From Clostridiaceae bacterium (lineage in GTDB: Bacteria; Bacillota; Clostridia; Saccharofermentanales; DTU023), in the NCBI GenBank assembly GCA_012518795.1, contig JAAYRL010000051.1:89-64088 (forward strand): a stretch of 64,000 bases of DNA, read 5' to 3'. The translations under genes were made by a program, and so were the position numbers. The notes beneath the pieces were generated by a model. That model was given only the letters and a program-made list of their open reading frames with translations. It had not been told where the DNA came from and searched no databases. Position 1 is the stretch's first letter. Every line of letters begins with the position of its first letter. Below are positions 18,549 to 27,499 of this stretch, in pieces.

Positions 18549-19196
18549 TTAAACAAATTCCAAACTTATCACTTGCTCAAATTGCAATTTCAAATCTTTG
18601 TATACTTCTTCCGGTGTTCTTTCCGCATCAATTACTCTTACACGATCCGGGTTTTGCTCAGCGATACGTAAATATCCTGCCCGTGTTTTTTCCATGAAAA
18701 TTTGACTTTCAAGATCAATACGATCGGACTTTTCAGTCCTGTCTTTCAATCTGTCAAGAGCAGTTTTAACAGAAATATCAAAGTAAAAAGTCAAATCCGG
18801 CTGCAATCCTTGCGTAGCAAAATCATTCAAATATTGAATGAAATCGACATTCATCTCACGACCATAACCTTGATAAGCCGTGGTTGAATCATAAAAACGA
18901 TCTGAAATCACAATTGTTTTCTCAGCGAGAGCCGGTTCCACTATCTGCTTTACTAATTGCGCTCTTGCCGCAGCAAATAATAGAAGTTCAGTTTCGGCCG
19001 ACATCTCCGTATTCTTGCGGTCTAATAAAATTCTACGTATTTGTTCACTAATTGAAGTACCACCCGGCTCTCTTAGCAATAAAAACTTTAAGTCCGCTTT
19101 TTTTAAATCAGCAGTCAAAAGCTCTAATTGTCGGGTCTTACCGGAGCCGTCAATCCCTTCAAATGTTATAAATAATCCTCGATTTAAGACCATCAA
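18549..19196 (-). CDS. tmk: Thymidylate kinase
   Basis: P-loop FITFEGIDGSGKTRQ, the DRF motif (SDRFYDST) and a lid region. Confidence 0.93.
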   Translation of the reverse strand: MMVLNRGLFITFEGIDGSGKTRQLELLTADLKKADLKFLLLREPGGTSISEQIRRILLDRKNTEMSAETELLLFAAARAQLVKQIVEPALAEKTIVISDRFYDSTTAYQGYGREMNVDFIQYLNDFATQGLQPDLTFYFDISVKTALDRLKDRTEKSDRIDLESQIFMEKTRAGYLRIAEQNPDRVRVIDAERTPEEVYKDLKLQFEQVISLEFV

Positions 19197-19298
19197 ATCA
19201 TTCCTTTTAATTTTGTTCTATGATAACATATTCACTATTTTCTTGAAATAATCTGATGTCTTGCTATATCTCGACCGAAATATAAAATTACTAAAGAC

Positions 19299-19943
19299 TT
19301 ACCCCTGTTCTCGCAGATACCAATTGGGTGCTTCCGGATCATGTCCATGTTTTTTAAGACGTTTCACTACTAAAGAGGTTAGCAGCTTTGCAAAAATCCG
19401 GGTAACGAGTTTCCCCGGAGGAGATTGTGCCTGTTCATACAGGCTGTCGGGCGATTTGTTGCCCTCCACGATGTTTTGGATAAAATGATCAAAAGCCGGC
19501 ACGACTTTCTTGCGATTCATGTGTTTTTCTAAAGGTTTACCGTCCAGCATAGCACCGCCACCCAACACAAAACCGCCCTGCCACAAAAGATGATTCTGTT
19601 CTGCAAATAATTGGAGACAGGTAAGCCCATGCCGGTGAGTATGAATATAAGGCATACCTCCGTTGATGATACCGTAAAGCTTCTGTCCGGAAAATCCGCC
19701 TGTTTGGGATGCTGTCTCAAGCAACTCAATCAGTCCGGCCGGAAACGTATTTACGTAGCAGGGACCGGATATGATTATTATTGCAGCTTGTTGCATAGCC
19801 AAGACCAATTCATCCAAGCTATCCTTTTGGGATAGAAAAACGATTTCACCGCCGGTTACGGCACGGATGCGCTCCAGTAACATGGCACTGGTCCCTTTAC
19901 ACCTGGGACTGGCACAAATAAGCATCAACTCTGACTTATTCAT
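19299..19943 (-). CDS. Flavodoxin-fold NAD(P)H-dependent oxidoreductase-like protein
   Basis: ORF 19299..20021. I place the start at MNKSELMLICASPRCKGTS (ATG 19943), giving an 8-nt ATGAATAA overlap with the upstream stop. The flavodoxin-like pattern is recognisable but there are no strong family motifs. Confidence 0.6.
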   Translation of the reverse strand: MNKSELMLICASPRCKGTSAMLLERIRAVTGGEIVFLSQKDSLDELVLAMQQAAIIIISGPCYVNTFPAGLIELLETASQTGGFSGQKLYGIINGGMPYIHTHRHGLTCLQLFAEQNHLLWQGGFVLGGGAMLDGKPLEKHMNRKKVVPAFDHFIQNIVEGNKSPDSLYEQAQSPPGKLVTRIFAKLLTSLVVKRLKKHGHDPEAPNWYLREQG

Positions 19944-20472
19944 AAACAATCTCCTGCACGATTTTTTCAAGTGAGTCCTTGTTAGATATACTGTCCAAGA
20001 TAAAAGCCTGTCCTTTGACATTCATGATATTACAGTTTTCTTTATGAAAGAATAAAAAGGCTGAGCGCTCTGTTTCATGCAAATCATCCATAATCCCTAC
20101 CATATAATAGTTCATATTCTTTACTCTAATGCCTTTCACCAGTTCTCCATTTTTCATATGGTAGCGAGGATCGCCAAGAACTGAGATACGGTCTATCATT
20201 TTCTTGATGTGGTAGCTGACTCCGCCAAAGACTATCGGAGAAACTAAAACAAGCGACTGACAGCCTGCAATTTTTGGCAACAATTGCTGCATGTCGTCCT
20301 GTATAATACAGCGACCAAAAGTCTTTCCGCTGCAGCTGCCACAGGCAGCACAAGGTTTAATATCGAGAGTATTGGCAGCAAAGCAAACTACCTGAGTTTC
20401 TGTATGAATAATCGCTTCTTCCAGTGCCATGCCCCAATTTCCTCTGCTGTCATCTGAAATGATTACTATCAT
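19936..20472 (-). CDS. Iron-sulfur flavoprotein-like flavodoxin-fold protein
   Basis: 178 aa with the compact Cys motif CAACGSCSGKTFGRC (CX2CX2CX7C), typical of Isf-type 4Fe-4S flavoproteins. ATGA overlap with the MarR gene. Confidence 0.6.
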   Translation of the reverse strand: MIVIISDDSRGNWGMALEEAIIHTETQVVCFAANTLDIKPCAACGSCSGKTFGRCIIQDDMQQLLPKIAGCQSLVLVSPIVFGGVSYHIKKMIDRISVLGDPRYHMKNGELVKGIRVKNMNYYMVGIMDDLHETERSAFLFFHKENCNIMNVKGQAFILDSISNKDSLEKIVQEIVYE

Positions 20473-20981
20473 ACGTTATCCTCCTGCTTGCTGATATCTT
20501 GAGCGATAACACTTAAGTTATGATACAACTGATCAAGTACTTTTCGAGTCGTTGCCAAATTCTCGGTACAGATGCCCGCAAACAAACTGTCCATAAAAAG
20601 GCTGTTGCTTTGTTGATATTTTTGTTCAAACGCCTCGACTGCCGGAGTCAGCTTCACCAGTGTCCTACGTAAGTCGGTCTCATCTTTTTCTAAGCGTATC
20701 AACCCGGTTGATTGTAATCTCAACAGAAGTTGCTTCATATTTTGATGTGAAGTTCCTACGAAGTTGGCTACTTGAGAAATAGAGGGCAAAGGCTGCAATA
20801 TACTGGCACCCAACAAGGCAAACCATTGTTTCCATGTTATTTCTTCAAATACAGTGTCCCCCACACTTTGCATACGATTGGCAAAGGCAGCCAACATCCC
20901 GAAAAGGTAATACCGATCCTCTATATTGCTCAGTGAAACAGGCATTTGGAAATTATCTGGTCGGATTTTTTTCTGTTTCAT
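20469..20981 (-). CDS. MarR family transcriptional regulator
   Basis: Winged-helix region ISQVANFVGTSHQNMKQLLLRLQSTGLIRLEKDETDLRRTLVKLT. Start chosen at MKQKK (GAGGAG 5 nt upstream). It overlaps the upstream gene by 29 nt. Confidence 0.8.
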   Translation of the reverse strand: MKQKKIRPDNFQMPVSLSNIEDRYYLFGMLAAFANRMQSVGDTVFEEITWKQWFALLGASILQPLPSISQVANFVGTSHQNMKQLLLRLQSTGLIRLEKDETDLRRTLVKLTPAVEAFEQKYQQSNSLFMDSLFAGICTENLATTRKVLDQLYHNLSVIAQDISKQEDNV

Positions 20982-21369
20982 AGGGCTCCTCACTTTTTAA
21001 TGCCTCCAACACAGCTGTTTTAATAACTATGCTTGAGGCAGTCGCTCCGCTTATACTATCCACATCCGGACTGTTTTTCTGAACAATGTTATCACAAATC
21101 TCTTCAGCACCATGTCCCGGTCCATGACCATGCTTCAGTAGCTTTACCTCCAGGATTTGTCCGGCATGTACAGTCACTTCTACTTGCGCATTAACCAACA
21201 CTGCAGATGCATTGCCTTGATATATACCATCAGGCAGACCGGCGATATCAACCATGTTGAAATCTTGTTTTGCAAATTTATTGATCTTTTGGCCCATCAA
21301 AAAGAAGACGGTGATGCCGGCCACCAACAACAAAACAACAATCAAAATCAGAAGCCGTTTGATTTTCAT
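20953..21369 (-). CDS. Membrane-anchored FMN-binding domain protein (FMN_bind)
   Basis: Start at MKIKR (AGGAGG upstream). N-terminal TM anchor, then an FMN_bind domain with the flavinylation-type motif DSISGATASS. Confidence 0.75.
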   Translation of the reverse strand: MKIKRLLILIVVLLLVAGITVFFLMGQKINKFAKQDFNMVDIAGLPDGIYQGNASAVLVNAQVEVTVHAGQILEVKLLKHGHGPGHGAEEICDNIVQKNSPDVDSISGATASSIVIKTAVLEALKSEEPYETEKNPTR

Positions 21370-21408
21370 AAAACCTCCTGCCAAATTAAGTAATATATTA
21401 CCTATTTC

Positions 21409-21437
21409 AGTATAATTTTATATAGAATGCCTGTCAA
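21409..21437 (-). promoter_or_regulatory. Sigma-A type promoter of the FMN_bind-MarR-flavoprotein operon
   Basis: Minus strand: TTGACA (21437..21432), 17 nt spacer, TATACT (21414..21409), about 40 nt upstream of the start codon. Confidence 0.6.
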
Positions 21438-21610
21438 GATATAGCAAAATATTTACAACATTAGTCTTGATCTACTAAGCTCCGACATTTTCGGTCATAT
21501 TCTTGAGCACCAAACCCCACCATAGCCACTCCTGCACCAAAAGCGGAAATCGGGAAATAATTCAGGACAAAATTCGGGACAAAATGAAAAATCAGATCGA
21601 AAACAAGCCA

Positions 21611-21648
21611 AACAAAAAAGCACCGAAACCCTTATGTATCAGTGCTTT
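21611..21648 (-). terminator. Intrinsic terminator after tRNA-Thr
   Basis: Minus strand: AAAGCAC-loop-GTGCTTT followed by TTTTTGTTT. Confidence 0.65.
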
Positions 21649-21654
21649 GACCTA

Positions 21655-21730
21655 TGGAGCCCATTGCCAGAATTGAACTGGCGACCTCATCCTTACCATG
21701 GATGCGCTCTACCTACTGAGCTAAATGGGC
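21655..21730 (-). tRNA. tRNA-Thr (anticodon GGT)
   Basis: Reverse complement GCCCATTTAGCTCAGTAGGTAGAGCGCATCCATGGTAAGGATGAGGTCGCCAGTTCAATTCTGGCAATGGGCTCCA folds as a cloverleaf with anticodon loop ATGGTAA. CCA is encoded. Confidence 0.93.
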
Positions 21731-21860
21731 ATCTTAAACTTTGCAGCATGAAACATTATAGCGACCTCTCTCAGACAAGTCAATAGAACAAACTTTCAGG
21801 AACATTTTTCAAAAAATAATGTCAGATCTTTCATTCTCATTAAATTTTGATTCAATAAGC

Positions 21861-21910
21861 AAAACACAAAAAACAGCCGTTACTACAATATCTTGTATCA
21901 ACGGCTGTTT
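21861..21910 (-). terminator. Intrinsic terminator after tRNA-fMet
   Basis: Minus strand: an 11-bp stem AAACAGCCGTT/AACGGCTGTTT followed by TTTTTTGTGTTTT. Confidence 0.8.
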
Positions 21911-21916
21911 TAGATT

Positions 21917-21992
21917 TGGTTGCGGAGGCAGGATTCGAACCTGCGACCTCCGGGTTATGAGCCCGACAAGCTACCAGCTGCTCCACTCCGCG
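21917..21992 (-). tRNA. Initiator tRNA-fMet (anticodon CAT)
   Basis: Reverse complement starts CGCGGAGTGGAGCAGCTGGTAGC and contains TCGGGCTCATAACCCGG. It has a C1-A72 mismatch, three G-C pairs closing the anticodon stem, and A73-CCA. These are classic bacterial initiator features. Confidence 0.9.
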
Positions 21993-22164
21993 GTATTTAA
22001 TTACTAATTGTTCTACTAATATTCTCATTTAATTTCTATATAATTATTAATTGATAAAAAATCAATGGTCGATAATAATTATGATAATTACTAATTATTT
22101 GAATTATTTCAGAATCTCGTAAAACAATCAAGTTTACTATTCACTGATGAGAACAAGCTTTTTT

Positions 22165-22252
22165 TGGTGCTCGTGGCCGGACTCGAACCGGCACGAATGT
22201 TTAGTTCGACGGATTTTAAGTCCGTTGCGTCTGCCAGTTCCGCCACACGAGC
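22165..22252 (-). tRNA. tRNA-Leu (anticodon TAA)
   Basis: 88 nt class II tRNA with a long variable arm. Anticodon loop CTTAAAA. CCA is encoded. Confidence 0.9.
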
Positions 22253-22350
22253 GTTTGGCTTGCTCTCTTTAGTGCTTAACCATACTATCACCGGATTTTT
22301 AATTTGTCAAACTAAATTCTAGTACCCCAAAGGATTATTTAAATTACATG

Positions 22351-24984
22351 TTAAATCCAAGGTCCGACATGTTTTTGATAGATTCTTTTGACAATTTGTA
22401 CAGATAAACTGTAAAGGACTAACAAAACACAAAGCCAAAATAAAAAATGTAAAGGCATTTGTTTGAGGTCAAGTACCGTAGCAAACGGTGTAAATCCGAT
22501 AATCAATGCGACAACTCCAACCAATGAGGTTGAAAACAGCAGAATCGGTGCAGGTCTACTCTGAACAAACGGTATTTTTCCTGTGCGAATCATATGAATA
22601 ATGAAAATTTGTGATAAAGTGCCGAATAAAAACCAACCGGTTTGGAAATAAGGTGCAGTCGCCATTGAATTATAGCCGAATTCAAACCAGAGAATTAGAT
22701 AGCACATAATATCAAAAACTGAACTTAAGGGTCCCATTATCCACATAAAGCTTTTTAATGATTTAATATCCCACTTTTGCGGTTTTTGAACAAAATCAGC
22801 ATCCATATCATCAAAGGCAAGCCCCATTTGCGCAAAATCATTTAAGAGATTTTGTGTCAAAATATGTACCGGTAGCATCGGTAAAAACGGCAGAAAAATA
22901 CTGGCTATTACCACAGCTATCATATTGCCGAAATTGCCGCTGGCTGCCATTTTGATGTATTTCATAATATTGCCGAACGTACGTCTGCCTAAAAGAACAC
23001 CTTCTTCAAGCACCATCAAGTCTTTTTCCAATAAAATAATATCCGCAGTTTCTTTAGCAATATCGACTGCACCATCTACGGAAATTCCTACATCAGATTG
23101 ACGTAGGGCGGGTGTGTCATTGATTCCGTCACCCATATAACCGACTGTATGCCCGTCTTCTTGCAATGCCCTGACTACCCGTTTCTTTTGCATCGGTGAT
23201 AATTTGCTGAACAAGTTACAATGCTGAGCAACTTCTTTTAATTCCGAATCACTCATCTGTTCAACATCTGTACCAAGAACATTGGTTTGAACATCAATGC
23301 CGACCTTTTCACAGACCTTTAAGGCAACACCTTCACTATCACCGGTCAGGACAACGGTTCTCACACCATGTTCCAGTAATGTTTCAACTGCCCTCTTTGC
23401 ACTTTCTTTCGGCGGATCCAAAAATCCGACAAATCCGATCAAGACCATATTGCTCTCATCGGCAATCGTAAAATGTTCTTCATCCGGAACTTCATTTTTT
23501 TGTGCTACAGCCAACATTCTTAAGCCCGCGGTATTATATTTTTCATATGTAGTCATTGCAAGTTTACGTTCGTCTTCTCCTATCGTTTTAACCTGACCTT
23601 CAACTTCAACAAAAGAACAAATTGCCAACATTTCTTCAACTGCACCTTTGGTAATCAGCTGACGTTTGCCTGTTTTGTCTTCCAAAATTACACTCATGCG
23701 GCGACGTGAGAAATCGAAAGGCACTTCATCTATACGGGTATAGTTTTCAATGATTTCAGGAAAATTGTATTTTTCCGCACGATTGATAATTGCGATATCA
23801 ATCAAATTTTTCAATCCTGTTTGAAAAAATGAATTCAGATAAGCATGGCGTAATACTCTGGTATCATCTTGTCCGGTTAAATCCATATATTTTTCCAAAA
23901 CAATTTTATCTTCGGTCAAAGTTCCGGTTTTATCCGTACATAAAATATCCATTTCACCAAAAGTTTGAATTGAGCCCAAAGTACGGACGATTACATTTCT
24001 TTTGGACATGGCAAGCGCTCCTCTGGCAAGAGTCGAAGTCATGATTACCGGCAGCATTTCCGGGGTTAAACCGACCGCAATACTGACGGCAAATAATAAA
24101 GCGCTGAACCAATCACCTTTGACAATTCCATTTATCAGGAATATTACCGGGATGATGACTAGCATCATTTTAATCAACATTGCACTGACCGAAGCGACAC
24201 CGCGTTCAAAGCTGGTCTGAGCTTTTTCTCCGGACAATGAAGTTGTTATTGAACTAAAAAATGTATCTTGGGCTGTAAACAAAACCACAGCGGTAGCGGT
24301 ACCGCTAACCAAATCTGTACCCATCATTCCGATATTGGCTAAATCGGTTAGTGCGACATCCGTATCACCTGCTGTATCGAATTTTTCAACCGGAGCCGAC
24401 TCTCCTGTTAAAGCGGCTTGCGATACGAAAGTATCTTTTGTTGAAATAAATCTGACATCGGCAGGAATCATGTCGCCTGCCGAAAACTTGATAACATCGC
24501 CCGGGACTACATCGGCAATATTGATTTCAATCAATTTTCCGTCTCTGATCACATCGGTTTTGTTAGCTACCATTTGCTTGAGACCTTCTGCCGCTTTATC
24601 CGAATTACGACTTTGAATGAAAGTTACAACGGAAGATAAAAACACCATCAATAAAATAATCATGATAGTTGCATAGTCCGCTACTTCTGATATCACAACA
24701 TCAGTAATGTAAGTTACAATCGCAATGATCAATAGAATTATATTAAACGGATTAATAAGTGCTTCGATAATTCTTGAAACAATTGTATGCTGTTTTTTTG
24801 TTTTAACAATATTAGGACCAGACTCTTCCAGTCTGATTGCTGCTTCATCAGCAGTAATGCCTTGAGTAGTCGAACTAAATTCGCGTAAAACATCATCTAT
24901 CGATTCAGATGATAATCTACGCAGATTTTGTTCTTGAGTATAAGTATAAGGTTGATTGTTCTGATTTTTTTTAAGAAATTTCAT
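22351..24984 (-). CDS. mgtA: Magnesium-translocating P-type ATPase
   Basis: DKTGTLT, LTGESAPVEK and MGDGINDTPAL, plus the MgtA-specific C-terminal region NLLNDFAQMGLAFDDMDADFVQKPQKWD. Start moved to MKFLKKN (24984), which has GGAAAGGAG upstream. Confidence 0.92.
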   Translation of the reverse strand: MKFLKKNQNNQPYTYTQEQNLRRLSSESIDDVLREFSSTTQGITADEAAIRLEESGPNIVKTKKQHTIVSRIIEALINPFNIILLIIAIVTYITDVVISEVADYATIMIILLMVFLSSVVTFIQSRNSDKAAEGLKQMVANKTDVIRDGKLIEINIADVVPGDVIKFSAGDMIPADVRFISTKDTFVSQAALTGESAPVEKFDTAGDTDVALTDLANIGMMGTDLVSGTATAVVLFTAQDTFFSSITTSLSGEKAQTSFERGVASVSAMLIKMMLVIIPVIFLINGIVKGDWFSALLFAVSIAVGLTPEMLPVIMTSTLARGALAMSKRNVIVRTLGSIQTFGEMDILCTDKTGTLTEDKIVLEKYMDLTGQDDTRVLRHAYLNSFFQTGLKNLIDIAIINRAEKYNFPEIIENYTRIDEVPFDFSRRRMSVILEDKTGKRQLITKGAVEEMLAICSFVEVEGQVKTIGEDERKLAMTTYEKYNTAGLRMLAVAQKNEVPDEEHFTIADESNMVLIGFVGFLDPPKESAKRAVETLLEHGVRTVVLTGDSEGVALKVCEKVGIDVQTNVLGTDVEQMSDSELKEVAQHCNLFSKLSPMQKKRVVRALQEDGHTVGYMGDGINDTPALRQSDVGISVDGAVDIAKETADIILLEKDLMVLEEGVLLGRRTFGNIMKYIKMAASGNFGNMIAVVIASIFLPFLPMLPVHILTQNLLNDFAQMGLAFDDMDADFVQKPQKWDIKSLKSFMWIMGPLSSVFDIMCYLILWFEFGYNSMATAPYFQTGWFLFGTLSQIFIIHMIRTGKIPFVQSRPAPILLFSTSLVGVVALIIGFTPFATVLDLKQMPLHFLFWLCVLLVLYSLSVQIVKRIYQKHVGPWI

Positions 24985-25215
24985 AAGAATCTCCTTTCCG
25001 GTTTTTAAGTTAACCACAGGAGAATCTTCAGAAAAGCAATTTTCACTCAAAAAGTAAGTCTAAGCATACTCCGACAAAAAAAGAGCGCAGACTGAAAATT
25101 TCCCCGCGGGAAACTGAATTATTGATTTTTTTACTTCGAGGTCGATAATCCAAAAAAACACGCCCTTTCTTTTAATGAATTCGGTTATCTAGAATAACCG
25201 CCGATTATTATAGCA
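24985..25215 (-). promoter_or_regulatory. mgtA promoter (extended -10) and ~200 nt structured leader
   Basis: TGcTATAAT at 25215..25207 (minus). Hairpin CGGTTAT-CTAGA-ATAACCG at 25182-25200. Hairpin TTTCCC-GCG-GGGAAA at 25099-25113 followed by TTTT, then a T7 run. I recognise no M-box consensus. Confidence 0.4.
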
Positions 25216-25326
25216 CAAATCAACTTTAATTGAAAACTACTATTACTTTGCAGTCGATATTGCGAACGATTTCTTTATCGTTCGCAATATTGTTTGTTCT
25301 ATTGTTTTTTGATTGATAAGTTTCAA

Positions 25327-26166
25327 TTAATCCGCTGAAAAATTCATAAACAATTGGCGTTCTAATATACTGCCTTTGGCAGGAGATCCATAGAGTGGAA
25401 AATCCGGCATGTCATATAAAAACTCAGCTCTTGCCGCAACTAAATCCGAAGTTTCAAGATCTTCAAAATAATAAGATAAATGCTCAGCATCAATCTCAAT
25501 GTTTTTGATCGCCGGATATTCTAATTCACAAGCAGATTGTAAATAGGTCCATTGTCCCGAATGTAAAATTGAATCACAATGATTATGAGCACTTATATAA
25601 AAAGCCGGTCCCTTTTTCTTAGCCAAAACCATTTGTAAATTACAGTCTTCATCGACATGCATCATTGTAGACCAGGATAAACGAGAGGTATTCTTAACCG
25701 GATGATGGGCAAAAACCAGCAACGGTTCCTCACCGGTTTGTTCAATTTTTTCTGCCAGCCAAGAAATTATTTCAGAGGAAATATAACCACCATAGTTTGC
25801 GGCATTTTTAACACGAGCTGTTTCTAAATATATAATATGAAAACCGGCAAAAGATTGGAAATAATTGCCTTTATAGTATGTATCCGGCCATTCTGAACGA
25901 TCATATACTAATAAATCATGATTGCCGAATATATGATGAAATTTAGTAGCCGCCTCCGGATGTTCGGCAATCCACGCATATGTGATTTTAATTTCTGAAT
26001 CTGCTCCGGTATGAGTTAAATCTCCCAGCGAGAGATAAAGATCAGCTGATTTACTGAATAATTGATCCAAAATAGACTTAATATAAGAATCATGTGCTTT
26101 TGCTTTGGCCTTTGTAAATAATCTTGGATCCGTATAATGCAGATCCGAAATAAAACGTATTTTCAT
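25327..26166 (-). CDS. Metallophosphoesterase (calcineurin-like)
   Basis: Motifs ISDLHY, GDLTHTG, GNHD and HHP...H. ATGA overlap with the upstream CNNM gene. Confidence 0.8.
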   Translation of the reverse strand: MKIRFISDLHYTDPRLFTKAKAKAHDSYIKSILDQLFSKSADLYLSLGDLTHTGADSEIKITYAWIAEHPEAATKFHHIFGNHDLLVYDRSEWPDTYYKGNYFQSFAGFHIIYLETARVKNAANYGGYISSEIISWLAEKIEQTGEEPLLVFAHHPVKNTSRLSWSTMMHVDEDCNLQMVLAKKKGPAFYISAHNHCDSILHSGQWTYLQSACELEYPAIKNIEIDAEHLSYYFEDLETSDLVAARAEFLYDMPDFPLYGSPAKGSILERQLFMNFSAD

Positions 26167-27497
26167 ATTGTCTCCTCGTTAGTTTCCAGATCAAAATCCA
26201 GCACACATGCCAAGATATTGTCAACTCTGTATTCATCTACCGCCAGAACTTTTACATATAAATTTTCGATTCTGAAGGCGTCTCCGATTTTCGGAAGTCC
26301 GTTAAATCTATCTATTAACCAACCGCTGACAGTATTGTATTCGCTATCAACTAAATTGCGGTCTATATCAAGCTCCAGAGAAAATTCCCTCAGTCCCAAA
26401 TCTCCGCTCACTTCATAAGTACCATCACCTATTTCTCGGATGTAGTCACGAACTGTATCATATTCGTCCCAGATTTCTCCGACTAGTTCTTCAACAATAT
26501 CTTCTACGGTCAAGCAACCGGTTGTGCCTCCATATTCATCGACAATTATTGCTATTGGCATTTTTTTAGCATTAAGCATATTAAATGTTTCAGGCAATTT
26601 TTTAGTTTCAAATATGAATATGGGTTTTACCATCAACTCCATAATTAATTTGTCAATATTTGAGTAATCATTATTGTCTTTAACAGTAAATTTTCCCGAG
26701 TAAGCGCCATCGTCTTGGCCAATCATTTTTTCGAGGAAACGACCGACGTGAAGTATACCGATGATATTATCTATATTATCTTTATAGACAGGAAGTCTGG
26801 TAAAAGGAGTATTAAGTATAATATCCATAATTTCCTCCTCGTCATCATCAATATCTATGGCAACCAAATCTCGCCTCGGAGTTATGATTTCTGATGCACT
26901 TATGTCAGAAAATTCCAAAGTTAATTGCAACAGGTCCGACTTCTCTTTGTCTATAATACCATCGTCTTCAATATGTTCAATAATTGTAGTCAATTCCTCT
27001 ACGGTCATTTTATCGTCGTCTTCGTTCCTCCATCTTGCAGAGAATATCCCCACTATTCCCACAACAATCTTAATTACAGGAGAAAGAAATATCATCAAAA
27101 CTCTGACGGGTAAAGATGCAAACAAAGCAAATTGGAAAGGAATTTTTTTCGCAATAATTTTCGGGGTTATTTCTCCAAAAATTAGTATAATTACGGTAAT
27201 GACAAGGGTGCCCAACAAAGTGCCTTGTTCTCCCACTAAAGCAATTACTAAAACTGTTGAGATAGAAGTTGCAGCAATATTTACCAGATTATTACCAATT
27301 AAAATAGTGGACAAAGTATTATCAAAATTCTCAACTATATAAACCGCAAGACGTGCGGGAACATTTCCTTCGTCGGCCTTGCTTTTTAATCTCATCAGAT
27401 TCACAGAAGAAAATGCTATTTCCGAAGCGGAGAAAAAGGCGGAGAACAGGATACATATTCCTATACCTAAATAATATAATATACTTACTTCCGACAT
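26163..27497 (-). CDS. CNNM/CorB-type membrane protein (DUF21 + CBS pair + CorC_HlyC)
   Basis: 444 aa. N-terminal DUF21 TM domain, tandem CBS domains, and a C-terminal CorC_HlyC-like segment (VSGWLIDRFNGLPKIGD...). Confidence 0.85.
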   Translation of the reverse strand: MSEVSILYYLGIGICILFSAFFSASEIAFSSVNLMRLKSKADEGNVPARLAVYIVENFDNTLSTILIGNNLVNIAATSISTVLVIALVGEQGTLLGTLVITVIILIFGEITPKIIAKKIPFQFALFASLPVRVLMIFLSPVIKIVVGIVGIFSARWRNEDDDKMTVEELTTIIEHIEDDGIIDKEKSDLLQLTLEFSDISASEIITPRRDLVAIDIDDDEEEIMDIILNTPFTRLPVYKDNIDNIIGILHVGRFLEKMIGQDDGAYSGKFTVKDNNDYSNIDKLIMELMVKPIFIFETKKLPETFNMLNAKKMPIAIIVDEYGGTTGCLTVEDIVEELVGEIWDEYDTVRDYIREIGDGTYEVSGDLGLREFSLELDIDRNLVDSEYNTVSGWLIDRFNGLPKIGDAFRIENLYVKVLAVDEYRVDNILACVLDFDLETNEETI

Positions 27498-27499
27498 AT

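Noticed and set aside
21819-22291. ORFs 21819..22007 (+) and 22109..22291 (-)
   Set aside because: They overlap tRNA-fMet and tRNA-Leu respectively. These are translation artefacts of tRNA sequence.
24985-25326. M-box (ykoK) riboswitch upstream of mgtA, and the 22-codon N-terminal extension of the mgtA ORF
   Set aside because: No M-box-like conserved core was recognisable by eye. The in-frame upstream ATG at 25050 lacks an SD, whereas ATG 24984 has GGAAAGGAG. The extension is therefore treated as leader.
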